Source of the DNA: Raillietiella orientalis
Taxonomy: Eukaryota
Assembly: GCA_036172245.1 (NCBI GenBank)
Contig: JAYWIR010000036.1
Coordinates: forward strand, 1,922,001-1,986,000
Length of the DNA stretch: 64,000 bases
Direction: 5' to 3'
In this document: piece by piece, positions 38,796-52,083 of the stretch
Position numbering within the stretch: the first letter of the stretch is position 1
Layout: the number at the start of each line of letters is the position of its first letter
Notes under the pieces: model-generated
What the model was told of the DNA's origin: nothing
Database searches by the model: none
What the model saw: only the letters and a program-made list of their open reading frames with translations
Position numbers and translations under genes: made by a program

Positions 38796-39440
38796 CTAGA
38801 GAAAGATAATGTCCCTCGAATTTTGCTTGTTTTCCTCAGAATGACGTCACTAGGTCAGCGGGCAACCAGGTATTACTTCGGGCAATCACCTTGCTCACAC
38901 TTTGTAAGCAGGTTAACCCTGAACCACGTGGCAGACGGTTTCCCAGTCGACTGAGAACTCTTAGCGGAGTGTTATGGCTACCAGACCTGCGTGGCGCGCC
39001 GTCAGGCACTTTGGCACGAACGCGTCTGTCACTGCCGAATGCGGCATGACGCTTATTCCATTGCTGGTCTCTGACCTGGATTCATTCGTAGTCACGGAAT
39101 TCGAGGTCACCGCCGCGTGCGACATCTGTAAAACTCCGAGAACAGCTTCCAGAGCAAAGATTCCATTCCGAAAGCGTCCTGAAAAAGCACCACTCGCGGA
39201 GATGAGATACCATGAGAAAGTGCCTGAAGGACCGGTTGCTTCTTTGGTGCGATGGTTCACTCACGAGATAAATAGCTCGATCAAATACATGTATGCAAGG
39301 CATCAGCAAACAGCGATTCGCGGAGGAAACGATAAAGGACAGAGAGAAAATCAGTGATCGGCATAACGCAGACCGCGGTCCACATACAAGCAGAAGGAAG
39401 CATCCGGGAAAAAGCGCGCCACCTCGACAAGACATTATGA
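38796..39440 (+). repeat. Duplicated segment paralogous to 14880-15538
   Basis: Near-identity of 38893-39440 with 14991-15538. Confidence 0.95.
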
Positions 39441-40942
39441 GGATTGCTTTCGCTCATCTGCAATAGTGTGGCAAGCAATTCGAAACCCTTGGCAGAACCA
39501 AAAGCTCATCAAGCGAAGACACCAAAGAGAGATTCTCTGTGCGCAGCCTGCGTAAGAGACTTCACCCGCGCAGATGTCAGCTAGCAAAGGCATCAGCCGA
39601 CATGCAGCCCGAATTGGTGCACAGCTTCGTCACGAGCTGAAGAGCAACCGCAACAAGATGCTGCACAGAAAGCAACAAAAGCCACCTTTGAAGGTGCAAC
39701 ACCTTGAAGATTCAGGTGAATGCTGAATCACTCTGCCGGGACAATGCCAAGGGCTGCTCAGAAGAAGCGAACCGATTGCAAAGCATCCGTAAAAAAACAA
39801 AAACACTGTTCGTGCAACGTCTGACGAAGCGCCTGCCTCGCTGGAACGTACGACCCTTCTTCAGCAGCCAACGCGTGCTTTGCCTGCCTTCAAATACGGT
39901 GCCGAATATTTCGGCGGCAACAAAACGGAATGCACGCAGCTGCGGACACGTGCCGCGTTCCCGCCGCAGTCCTGGACAAAGACCATCTTCAAGAAAAGAA
40001 GGAATGCGCTAAGAAGGCCATCTGAGGTTTCCGACTCGTGACTGCAGCAATTCACGGATTCCAGCCATCATCACGAATCCCAAATCGATCCCAAGTGGTT
40101 TCCTCATAATAAGCATACGAGGGCAACCCACCGTGATATCAGCAACACCTGAGGAAACACTGCGTGCTCTGCAGGCCTGGAGCTTGAACACTTCTTCCTA
40201 AGGGAATGCCTCCCTGAGTGAAATGGATTTCAGTTCCTACTCTTACATAGGAAGCCACTCAGCAAGGAGTGCACTCTCCATTCAAGCGTGCGGAAGGAAA
40301 CCAAAACGCGCGCCCACGCCACTCACCTGGGCGACATAAGAGTGGTCCTTGAACTCACTTCCGTTGCCACGGATGGGATCAAGGAGCGACTGCAACAGAC
40401 AGCCTGCCTTTCGAAGGAACGTCCGCGTGCGTTGCCACAGACAGAATGCACGGCAAAGAAATCCCCAAATTCTACGTTTGCAACTCCACGCTTGGGACTC
40501 GCTGCCGGCATACACGAACATGCATCAGAAACACGCCGTGTTCCTCCGGCATTTTCGGGAACACGTCGCAGAATCGAGGCACGCAAAGGTCCGCGCTGGA
40601 AATTGACGTTACGAGACAAAAAGTGTGTTTTCCGAATAGAGCACATCGCAGCGTTTCCACCGTCTCCCTCGTGTGGCACACGCCAACGGAATGAATACCC
40701 ACCCGCTGACTCGGAAAGTTCAGCAGACGATAGATGCCTCAACGGTTCCGTATCCTTGGCAACCACCAACGAGACCGTTCCAGAAGGCAACTTGCAGGTA
40801 CTCAGGCTTTTCCGATGCCCTATGCGAAAATTTTCCAAGCTTGGAAATCACTGGCTACAGATACAGTTTCACGTTTCCCATGAGATGCAACGCAATGACA
40901 GCACACCGATTCCGGGACAGGGAAGCGTTCCAGCCACACACA

Positions 40943-41677
40943 GAATGCGCTTCCGGTTAAAATGACCAATGGGTTCATCGAATCGCTGTCCAGCTCCAGA
41001 AACCCCTACAAGAAACAGCACTTTCCCACGTCTATTCCGAGCACTCTTCGCACTCACCAAACTCAATCAACATATGAACAGAAATAGGAGACTGCAGTGG
41101 AGTGCATGTTCAACACTACTCCTCTCGACATCCTTTTCCACCACTTTCCTCACCATTTTCTTTTTCCATCAATAACGACTGTAATCTGAAATGGGTAAAC
41201 AGTTCCTGCCGTGCCGCAACCTCGCCACTGAATAAGTCATTCCACAGATCTATGCAATACAATAGATGCCTACGCACTTACTGAAAAGTTCCTTCAAGAG
41301 TAAAACCACCAACCTACATCAAATGAAACTCTGCAGCACGGCTGATCAGAAGTCTTTGCCTCCGAAAGAAAAGTGCCATCTTTCCTCCACCAAAACGAAA
41401 CGGATCGCTTTCTGGCACTCATGCACCTTTCAAAATATTCCTGTGTCCTTGAAGAATAATCTTTCCATTTCTTGCACGTGGCAAAGCCTTATAAATACAT
41501 CTGACCACACATAGCTCCACACTCCTAATGATTCCCTAATTCTACAAACCAAACAAAATCCATGAATGCAGAAAGCAAGCAATCATACAAAAAGGGGTTG
41601 CAGTCCTCATATCACCGAGTAGTTTCCAGCTCGATTGAATGAACCCATTGGTCATTTCAAACAGAAAGCACGCATTC
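40943..41677. repeat. Imperfect ~45-bp inverted repeats enclosing ~650 bp (possible MITE)
   Basis: AAATGACCAATGGGTTCAT (40960-40978) and ATGAACCCATTGGTCATTT (41639-41657) form a perfect 19-bp core with imperfect extensions. No TSD seen. Confidence 0.55.
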
Positions 41678-42015
41678 AAATAGTTTCACTTGCTGGACAG
41701 TGTGCAAAGGTACCTTTGTGAGATTTGCAACAAACTTACAAATAACAACAGATTGGAATCAGGTCACTAAAATCACCCTTCATTCTGCAATGCTGCACAG
41801 GGATACAAGACAAGCAAAAAACACAAATTCCATAATTACAGACTCATTTAATCTATAATGCTGGTTTTGACAAACAATTGCAAAATGCATGTTTTTATCC
41901 AAAAATACTCTGCTGCACAATTTCAGTTTTCATCAGGAGAGTTTCCCTGTAGTCTTCCAGATTTACAGGGAGTGTGTGCATCAAACTGGGATTGAGACAT
42001 GATTATCCCTGGATT

Positions 42016-43147
42016 TCACTCCAATCCATCTTCCATTCTTAATTTGGATATTTCCAGGTTTTCATCAAGAGGTCCAACCCATGGGCAAGGATTAAAGAAT
42101 GAAGGTTTAGGAATCTTCGTTGAATCATAATATTCTGGAAATGAATGTCATGATCGCAGTGTGACATCACTTCAAATTACTTTACATTCTGAAAAAATGG
42201 GGACTCAATAGTACAAATATCGAGGGGTGCAAACGTTGCTCTCCAATCAGTTTGAAATTCCCAATTTCTCTCAATACCACAATCAATTATTACAGTGTTG
42301 TTAACGAGCCAATCCGACCACATAGTCTGCTCCATGGGTCGAATAGTTGGATCGAAAGGAATTGGGAAACCTCAGCAGCATGGGCACAGGATGAGGCACC
42401 TGACCACCATCCCTTCACAAGGCAATGGCAACCAGTGGCACATCCGTCGAGAATGAATTATGCAATTTCCGACTCGAAATCAAAAATCCCACCAGACTAT
42501 TGTGCTCAACTCACGAATTTCCAAATACGTGCTAGGGGATGTTATCAAGCTAAAAGTGGAATCCCATGAGCTTACCTGCATCCAATTCACTCCCATGGGA
42601 GCAAAATGCTTCCGACAATAACGCAAAATGAAAGCAGGCAGAATCGATTCACACTTCAAGCTTTACCTATATCTGTGCCATTGAGCTTCACGCGGGAGTT
42701 CACAAAATCTCTCTGGGGCCGTTTGGCTACCATTTCGCACCATCGCTGGAAATTCCAATTCGCCTCCTTTTGTGCACGGTGGGCGGCCGCGTCCACTTGC
42801 GGTTTCGAGTCACGTGATCCACGTATGAGGGTGGTGGATGAAATCCTTCTGCCAAAATCGTGCCGTCTCGGGTGACTCCCAACGGATAGCCCTTCCCGAT
42901 GTCCTGCAGGCAAACTCTGGGGGAAAGCTTTGTTCACTTTGTTCTTGGCAGCTCCACTTTTGTGCCCGCCGTCGCCAGGCGTACTCCCACTTTTGCAATT
43001 TTTGCGTTCGGTCAGCTCTTTCAGTTTCTTTCGCTCTTTCTCGAGGAGCCACAGCTCCCACGCGCTGAGGTCTGCAGAGGCGGGCAGCTGGCAGAGGCTG
43101 CCCTTCGGACCACGGGTCTCGGTCACTCCCGTTCCGTTCAAGGACAT
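42016..43147 (-). CDS. CCDC34: Coiled-coil domain-containing protein 34-like, 2 exons (42667-43147, 42016-42134), 199 aa
   Basis: ATG at 43147; LSAWELWLLEKERK and FQRWCEMVAKRP motifs. GT donor at 42666, TTTCCAG acceptor ending at 42135. The phase-1 join gives KLNGTDI-EYYDSTKIPKPSFFNPCPWVGP, recognisably like the CCDC34 C-terminal motif (..P.P.FYNPIPW). Stop at 42016-42018. Confidence 0.82.
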
Positions 43148-44329
43148 TGCAATGTCCTAGCAAAGAATCGAGAGCACTTTCGTTTCGGAGGTGTTCACGA
43201 ACCACATGTGACGGAGTTCAAACGAAATGTCATCTGATAAGCACAAACACGTCATTCCGTCATTTCTTCTGTTCGGGAAGAATGCTGACCGCAGGTGTGA
43301 CGTCAAACACTTCCCTCAGTGGTCGCAACACTCTCTGCTCTCATGCAACGTCCATTTTCGCTCGTATGTTCTGATGGGATGGCAGTCATTCTTGTTCCGT
43401 ACCGAATATTTATTGACATATTTATTGCATAAGATGAAAGGCTACACGACTACGCAACAGATGTATCCATGGATACGGTTGGGAAAAATAAACACGGCTG
43501 CCAACATAAATATATATCAGCAGAATGGGAAACACATTGAACATTTATCCACAGTCAAAAAGAAAGAAGCTAATTTGAAGGTACTTTCCGAATATTCAAA
43601 GGTTAGTTTGTGACTCAAAGCGCAAAGAAAGTTTATTTTACATTCTTATTTTACGATATATTGTTCACATTTGGAATAAGCTCCCTTCTGCACTGGTAAA
43701 TGTTTGTTATCAAGTAATACGTGCACCTTATGGACAAGACTGCTGAGAGGAGTTAGTATTCTTCCGTAGTTCTTTCAATTTGCCACCATTTTGTGTGAAA
43801 TATGCTGTTTCTTTGCTGCAAAACGTCTTGCTGTGTTGAAAATGCTTGAACCCGGAAAACTTCATTCGTGTTCGCCATCTCTCACTCTTGTGTCTGCGGC
43901 GATCAACGAAATGGAATTGGCGTCAACAAGAAAATTGGATCGTTTGATCTTCTGTTTTTTTTTCATCCTTGTCAAAGTCGTAGAGAGATCTTCACGAAAT
44001 TCAGCTCATGAATCAACTGTTTTTGAGCTCGAAAAGGACTCACAAACGTACTCTGGAGGTGCACCGTCAGGTTCTGTCTATACAAAAAGTCTTTTGCTGA
44101 ACAGAAAGTTTGGAGAAGGAAAATGCATAAAGCCCACAGAATGTTGGCATCTTCTTGTTATTGTATCTCCATCTACTCGCTTTGAAGATGCGCAGGTTCG
44201 GTAGAACGGACTTTGCGTTCCGATGGTTCGTTATTACAGACTCATACAAGCCATCACTTTGCACTGAAACATTCGTGCGCATAAAGCGAAGGGTTCAGCT
44301 GCTGTGAAAATTTGTTCCAGAACGAAGTC

Positions 44330-46520
44330 ATCATTTCCGGATTCGTTTGGTCTGAACTGGCTCCGCCGACTTCCGCACTTAGACCGAACTCGTCAGTTGC
44401 TCAGTGTGTTTTCCCAAAGTGCTGCCTAGAATGCCACAAATAGCGAAAGCAGGAACTTGAACCGGAAAGCAGCCGAGGCTGCTTAGGAATCAGCTTGCTA
44501 GATACCTCCGGACTGCTGCTGTTATGCGCCAAAAGCGGATTCAGATCCTCAGTTGCCAGGGAGGTGATCGCGACCCTGCACTGCAGACGCTCAAGAGCGG
44601 GAAAAAAGGTATCACCTGACTTGAATCAGTCGTAAAGCAAACGTGTCATCCAACGAAATCCACACTGAATGCAGGGGACCCACTCTCTGGACGACCTCAA
44701 AGTAGTCTGACGGCCAAAAAGAAATTCAAGCTTCAGCGTTGTGTGCGAATTTGACAAAGCGTTTAGTCACGGCTCGCGTGGAATCACACTTCGGGGAAAC
44801 ACCACCTCACACTGGTCCCGCGGTTGTGATGCTGTCGTGCTCTACTAGGTGCGTGCGTCCAAGGTGTCGCCGCTTTCCTTTGCTAAAGATAGGAACACTC
44901 TTTCCATCAAACTGCGCTCCATCAGTGGATTGCGCGCTCTGCCAACCATGGGTCGAATCTCCACGAGAAGAGTTCCGTGCGGGAGACGAAAAGACCTGTA
45001 GCAGCTTGACAGGAGAGTCTCAATGGCTGCACGGACGTGCACTCCAGGGCGCACCATCGCCGCGCACGAAACGCCAACTCACACATCACGTGAATGCCCC
45101 ACGTGATTGGGAGAATGCGCAGACTGCTTTGTGAGGGCCGAAAAGGAAAAACAGCGAAAAGCAAACTTCACGTAGAATGGGAGTCCCCAATTTGACGAAG
45201 ACCTGGGCACAGCGTTTCCTGAGGAAAGCCCTGTGGGGCACTGCGAGGTCGCGGATTCGCATGGCAGACTTGCGCTGGGTCAAAATGCAGACTTGGGCGT
45301 TCTGACGCAGCTTCGCCGACCGAGAAGATCTGCTGGTACGTGGGCGGTACAAAATACAACGATTCGGTCCCCCGCTGAGGCAACTCCCCTCTCTATAAAC
45401 CGCCCATCGATAGACCTGCTGCTGCTTTAGGAGTTCGAATGCCTGGAGGCAGAGGGCGGCTGTCTACTGGGATGCCAACGTGGGAATGTGCCTACTGGAA
45501 CTTCTTCCCCTGCGTCTCTCCTCAACCATCTTTTGGGAGAGATGTGGAGGACCTGAAGAGGCGCAGAACCACGTCCGTCACATCTGTTGCCGCTGCGCTG
45601 CCTGCCCTAGGGGCAAGCGAGGGCAGTTGTCTCCTGGCGGGCAGCAAGTTCTCGTGCACCATTGCAGGAGACATCACACTCCAGGGTGGCTGGACGACGA
45701 GCGAGTTGGTGGGCGCCCCCTACTCCTCGTTCCCAAGAGATAGCCCACGTGGGTGTTGAGTGTGTCCCTAGTGGAAACTGTTGGTCCGTTTCCTCTGTTG
45801 GAATATTTCGGTGCCCTCGATTCATTGAAGCGCCAGCTGCTGTTGTTTCTGCACTGAGGTTTCCTTTACAAGCAGCATGAAACCCTGGTTTCCGGGGGAG
45901 TTGCGTCCCCGAACTGCTAAAGGTGAGGGTCGGTGGAGTCGACCCCGCACCTGCTTCTGGACTGCGGTGGTCTCAGCAGATTGTGGCAGCATCCAGCAGG
46001 AGCGCTCCTGCACCAGGAGGGCACCGCCTGCGACCTACTGCGGAGATTCTTCGCGCGCGGCGGTCTCTTGGCTGGCGCAGCGATTGCAACGTTGGGCTGC
46101 GTGAGCGCCACCTTCACGGTCCGCCGCGTCTTGGAGAAGGAAGGGCAGCGGAGAACGGCCGCCTGCATGGGGACTGCCTAAGTGAGTACGGCCGAGAGGT
46201 GGCCACACCTAGAAGAGGAAGTCAAGGAGGTGGTCGGCAAAGTTCGGGGTCAATTCTTGGAGAAAGGAACGACCAAAACCGATGACCTCTGTTCTCACCC
46301 TTTTTATTTTCTTTTTGCACCCTCCTTGCGTTTCCGGGATGTTCACGAAGGAACGGCACATGGAGACACGGACCCATGACGCTGTTCTGAGTCCTTTTGT
46401 TGTATTTTTTTTGTCTACTGTCTCTGGCCACTCGTTCCGGACTCCGGGAGTGACCGACCTGCTTGTCAGTGAATTCTCCCCTTTTTGTTCTCCTTCGTCC
46501 TCTCCTCCCCGAACAGGTTT
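44330..46520 (+). mobile_element. Decayed, internally deleted L1/Tx1-type element
   Basis: FLRKALWG at ~45215; ESTPHLLLDCGGLSRLW...LLRRFFARGG and RWPHLEEEVKEV at 45933-46260; pyrimidine-rich 3' UTR. The 5' boundary is approximate. Confidence 0.7.
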
Positions 46521-46529
46521 GTCCATCTC

Positions 46530-46700
46530 CATGAATAAAGGTCACGGTGTGATAGGATGCCAAAATTTTGTAAGCTTTCTTCTCCATGATCTTGTGGATC
46601 TCTTGAAGGTGGATCGCACGGAGGAAGCGCAGGACAGCGGCTACATTTCGTCTTCCGCTGTTGTGGCGCAGACTGTCGATGTTCCAGCAGGCCAAGCGCC
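46530..46700 (-). mobile_element. APE endonuclease N-terminal fragment
   Basis: LACWNIDSL...AIHLQEIH matches the APE WNV.GL...LQET motifs. Confidence 0.7.
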
Positions 46701-47290
46701 TTCGTGAACAGAGAATTCCTGCATTGCTGCTCATGAAGGCTCATGCAGTCTCAGTGGACTTGCACAAGGCATTCGCCTGCGGCGACCAGGAAGTTCTGGA
46801 GCTCCTGGAACGCTTGGTCTTTCCGGTCGCATTACTGGTCTATCTGCGTTCCAGCTGGGGCGCTGCGCTCATTTATGTTTTTTTAGCGGGCAAACCACAT
46901 ACAGAGGTGCGACGCGGAATGGGGCAGAGCAACGGTCTGAGTCCCCTGCTCTTTAGCACTTCTAGTTGGTGCTGAGAGCGTAGAGGGAGACATTGGCGCA
47001 TCTACCGTGCCAATGTCCGGAAAGCCTGCTGTATCAGCATACGTGGACGATCTTCTACTGTTGATCCCCTTGTCTATCCCTGCATCTGCATTCGAAGGAT
47101 TCTTCGAGATTCTCAGTCACAGGACGGGACTTGGGTGAAAAGGGTGAACTCATCCGTGGTACCAGCTGGTATAGCGTGGGCAGGAAGACCGGACTAAATC
47201 TGCCTGGGGATCCCCACGGACCGGTACTTGAAGTACCTGGGCATGCCGTTGGGGAACTTCTGCGTCGGAGGAGCATGGTCGGACAGTTTT
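46700..47290 (+). mobile_element. RT core fragment
   Basis: VSVDLHKAF...RGMGQSNGLSPLLF...AYVDDLLLL, followed by a YLG-like motif near 47235. Confidence 0.85.
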
Positions 47291-47297
47291 CGAAAAA

Positions 47298-50200
47298 CTT
47301 TCATCCGGTTGCGCCGAGGCGTTTATTTTAATTAAAAAATAAAACCACATGCAAAAACCAAGGAGCGTTGTCCCCTGTGAATCCGTAAAAAAAATAAGCA
47401 AAAGCGAGTTCATCAGGGGAGGACTCGCTGACTCACAGGACCGAGAAGAAATTGTATGCAGCATTGAGGGTGAAGCGATGAGCAAATAAATAAATCTTAG
47501 TGGGCGGGGAAAAGCACACCGGGATTGCTGTCTATCTTCTAAATTTATCGTGCGATGCTGCTGATCTCTCTACTGATTTGCTGTTTCAAACGAGGCCATC
47601 TGCTAGCTTTCTTCAGTAAGTCCATGGCAATACAGGCAGCCTCTTGCTCTTGGTGGTGCAACTCCAGCAAGTCTCCGGCGCTGAGGATGCCGCGGATGCA
47701 ACACAAAGTCGCGGCAGCAACTGACAGCCCGTCTCTGAGGAAGTAGCAGCTCAGCAGATCATCAGACGCATCTCCCGGGTAGAGATGGGCCGATGAAAGC
47801 TTCTTCCACAAAGGACGGATGGCGCCACAGTTCATCAGCAGGTGAGGGAGCGATTTGAACTCCCTGCACCCGGCACACACCGCAGAAACACTCCCACTCG
47901 TCATGTGGTGCATGAGCTCGTTGCAGGGAAGACCTTAATGAAAGGACAGCAGCACATCGTGTTGCCACCGAAAAGAAAGGACAGAAAAATGTAAACACAG
48001 GGCAGGGACACAGAGTTCTTCCTGGAGCACACTCGAAGTGTCGGCCCACTGGTGAAGTCCCTTCCCTGCGAACAGGGCGTAGCCGCGTGGGCCAGCTCTT
48101 TCCTGGAGAATCCGCCTAGGAGTTTTTTCTCTCCATCGATGTTGCAGGAGAGCTCCCACCTAGCCTGCAGGCAACTGTCATCTCTTTCCCATTGGGAAGA
48201 CAGCGCTGCGGCCAAAGGTGTGGCAGATGCACGAGCGCACTCGGTAGGTTCGTCGACAATTCTTTTTGAGGCATGCTGCTGAGCTGCTGCTGAGCCGCTG
48301 AACCGAAACGAGATCTCCAGGTCTGGTGCTAGTGAGCTGGGCCCACATGTCTACGTATTCCTGCCACCAAGCATTCAAATTCACAGGGCTGCAGGAGATT
48401 CACTCGTAAGATTCCAGCAGGGGGACAAGCTGTCTCAGGGTAAACCCCATCAGCTTCGTTTATTTCCGGTTGCGAAAAACCAGGGATGATAGTTCCCCGC
48501 AACCGAATGCCTGCCGCAAAATATGGCGAGCGGGCTGTTTCCATACCCTCTCCATCAGGGCGAGTCTTCGAAAATGGAGCTGCAGCTCTAGCCTTTCCAG
48601 GGTGAGGATGTCGGGTCCGGCATCCCTCCGAAGCGCAGCAATGTTCTTGAGGCAAACGCGGGGCAGAAACGCTCCCCAGAGGGCCTTTCTCAAAAGTCCG
48701 CAGTCCCGTTGTCTCGCCTCGGCGGGAAGGAAACAAACAAAAAGAGGCGTTCGGAGGAGTAGAGCCACGAAAGAGTTCCAGATCGAGGCTCGCTCCGGCA
48801 GGTTGAACCTGCCTTTCAGAAACGGGTCAAGAGCCTTCTCTCTTTTTTAAGGCAGCCGGACCACACTTCTGCAGAGCGAAAGTCACCCACTGGTACACCA
48901 AGGAACTTAAAGTACCTGCCCGTGGTGATGTCCTGGCGGATCCAACGACGCTCCAGCCGGCACGACCGTGGACTTCGCCCTGCTGACGCGCAAGTCCACT
49001 CCCCAGCACATCAACTCGAAGAATTCCTCGAGCTTCGTCAGCCCCCTCCTCTCTGCTGCCGTGATCGACCGCGCCAGTCTGCGACCCGGCAGGTCTCTTT
49101 TAAATTGGGCGTGGTTGGACCATTGGTCCAGCCACAATTTTTTCTGTAATAAGTTTGTTGAAAAACAAACGCCCCGCCGCACCTGGGTGAAAATCGAGCT
49201 TGGTCGCAGGGCTGGATCTCGGCAGCAGGAGAAGCAGGCCAGCAGCGTAGGCTGCCACGGCCGGCGTGCACGGACAGGACGTCCGCAAGTTGGCCACTGT
49301 TGTCCTGTACCCGTTCATCACCAACTCGAAGTAGGCGCTGAACAAAATGGGACTCTGGTTGTCATCTTGCGTAATCCCTCGGCCTGTTGGATGCCGTAAA
49401 CGTGGCGACCGCTAAAACAAATGTTTATTAGCGAGTCGCGCCATAGCGAGCTCAAGTACTGCAGCAAGCAGAATGGAAGTCCAAGGCGCTCCAGGAGCTC
49501 CTGGTCCACGCAGTCGAATGCTTCGTGCAAGTTGACCGCGATTGTGAGAGCACCCGGTTACTCCGTCCGTCTGCAAGTACTGTTCCCCGAATGCTTCCGG
49601 GAGATATTATCCTTACGCGCCTCCGCTGAAATCCGCTGTTGCAACCGTATCCAGATTCGCTCGAGGAACAGGTTCGATTCCATACTTCTGCCCGGAACAG
49701 CAAAGGTCTGCTCCGGGATGATGATAAGGTCAATCACTTGTTGAGCTGTCAATATCCTAGAGAGCAACTTGATGTCCACATTTTCCACAATAATAGGGCG
49801 TCAATTGCTCAGGTTACGCAAATCTCTTTTCGGCAGGAGACGTACTCTGGCTGACCGAAAGGAAGCTGACACCTCGCCTCTCTCCTGGATCAGCACGGTC
49901 AGCTTCAGTAGCAAGAGAGTCAGTCCTGCCGCGAAGGTCTGGTAGAACACCGCGGGCACGACGTCCTCCCATGGTACTTTCCTCTTTTTGAGCCGTTTAC
50001 GATGGCGAAGATCAACTCCGCCATCGTAAACGCCGAAAAACTCTGCTATTCTGCATGCCTTCCCCAAATCCGGAAGGGAGAAGTGCCTGTGGGAACTGTT
50101 CGCAGATCTCTCCAACTAACACCATGACAACGTTCCAATCCTCGAGCCTGCAAGCGACGAATAAACAGAGAAATCTCCTCCACAGCTTCCGATTTGCTAA

Positions 50201-51750
50201 GCCAATCACCGGGCATCCTTCACACCTTGATAGGCGGTTCCTTTTCTGGAGGCTGCAGCTCGAACTCGAGGTTCTGGTGTGAACCGTAAGAACCGAAGCG
50301 ACTCTTCCTCGACTGTCCACTCGACAACACAAGTGTTCGTAAAGGAAGACATGGTCGATAGCCTTGCGCATTCAGGGTTCGCCGACCAGCAAATTGCATG
50401 CATTCACGGCTGCACACATTTCGTTGACCTGCGCCCACTTATCATCCGACAGCAGGCGGACGTTAAAGTTTTTCACCCGGTCACTCTGGGGCGTTTATTA
50501 AAAATAAACCAATTGGAAACCAAAGTTTCCAACCTAAGACAGCGTGAAACCGAGGGGAGGGTCCACTGGCACGCAGACTGGGAAATGCTGCGGCAGTGCG
50601 TGACACAACGAGGCACTGCCACAGCATTTGAGTGTCTCCACATACCAGATGTAGAACTCATGTCCGGCGACCTCGAGTTTGAGGGGCAACTCGCCCCCCT
50701 GTTCCCCTCCATGCGCGCTGCAGCATGGCCACTGAAGACTCCCATCGAACCCTTCGAAGCGGTGGGAAGTTACCCACAGCACGTGCGCGGTTCCACACTT
50801 GCGTTGCTCGTTCCGCGAAGCGTCTTTCGTCGCGCAGACGGTTGCCCATGTGAGGGAGACCACCACTGAGCGGTCCACTGATGAGGGAAAGAGCTCAGGG
50901 TTCTGTGGAAGAAGGCAGAGTGCTCCATTCTCTTGTCGGAACGAGGGATGATTCTTCCAGAGTGGACGCTTCACTTCCATTCCTCTCACGCTTGGGGAGG
51001 GATCCCCCCGGAAGGGGGGGGGGATCGCACCTCCCACCCTGGTTGTCTCCGGAGGGAAACCCCGAAGGGAATCTTCTTCCTCATTCTCTCCGGAGGGACA
51101 CCTTCTGGGAAAGGGGTGGTCCTCTCCATTTCAACTTCTCCGAAGGGAACCCTGAAAGGATCCGCTAGCAGGGATTTCTTTTCCGGAGGGAACCCGCAAG
51201 GGAACCGCTCCTGTTCACTCCTCTGAAGAGAACCCCGAAGGGACGCTTCCGAAACTCAGAAGGAGCACTGCAGTTTCCCTCAGGTAATCGCTCTCGCTTG
51301 CTTCCTTGTGCACACTCTGTGAAGAGGCGACGACTCGGAGGGTCCCCCTCGCAACAGGGGAGATTCGCTCCTTTGAACAACTGGGGAGGTACCTGTGAAG
51401 GCTCCTGCTCCATCTTGAAACCGGAGGGCATCCCCCGGTGAGGGGGGTCCGCTCTCCGTTGTACGACCGGAGGGGGAACTCCCCATTCCTTGATTCCTGG
51501 GAGGACCCGAAGATCGACTCCCATTGTTCTGGCCTTCATCGGGGGCCTCCGGCTTAATCCACCGCCGGTGCCACGCCCGAATGTCTCGGCCAACCAGCGC
51601 CATTGCAGGAGAAACTCGGAACTCAAACGGCGCAGTGGCGTCAAGTTATCTGCCGAAGTATTCGAACCCGCGACACACGGTGCCACACGCGGAAGCCTAA
51701 ACCACAAGGCCTCCGGACGCTTCACTTCCATAGGCTCGGACGACAAAGAT
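47298..51750 (-). mobile_element. Near-full-length but decayed L1/Tx1-type element (ORF1, EN end, RT, zf-RVT, terminal module)
   Basis: ORF1 homolog (DRSVVVSL...LPLKLEVAGHEFYIWYV, 50600-50880); AIDHVFL (~50350); FYQTF...VRLLPK...NVDIKLLSRIL...EQTFAVPGRSM...AFDCVD (49500-49950); YAAG at the YADD position (~49245); CAGCREFKSLPHLLMNC (~47850); terminal motif at 47298-47327. Confidence 0.8.
51047..51245. repeat. Five degenerate ~23-bp repeats (CTCCGGAGGGAACCCCGAAGGGA-like) spaced 40-50 bp
   Basis: Units start at 51047, 51088, 51138, 51181 and 51221, upstream of the ORF1 core of the minus-strand element. Confidence 0.7.
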
Positions 51751-52083
51751 GCAATCTCTCCTGTCCTTCCTCAGTGGAAGAACCAAGTGTTTCTGCTTCT
51801 CCCTTTTCAATACTGAAGCGCTACGCCTACGACAATCTTTCAGCTACGGGATCCACGGGTGCACTGACAAAGCACGTGCGCCTGGGAGAGCGTACAGACA
51901 AACGGAGCCCACACGGGGCAGGCACTCTGGCAAACATCCCTTTACTTTCAGGAGGCGATGGAGGGAGTACAGAATCTTCGTGTATTCCCTCCCACGCCTC
52001 CTGCTTTTCGCTCGCCACGGCCAGCGCAACGTGAAAAGTCGGACCGCAGTCCTCTTGAGTCACGCCTTCCAGCTCAGAGGGTG

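Noticed and set aside
51047..51245. CRISPR-like repeat-spacer array
   Set aside because: Repeats are degenerate and irregularly spaced, lie inside a retrotransposon in eukaryotic DNA, and no cas genes are present.
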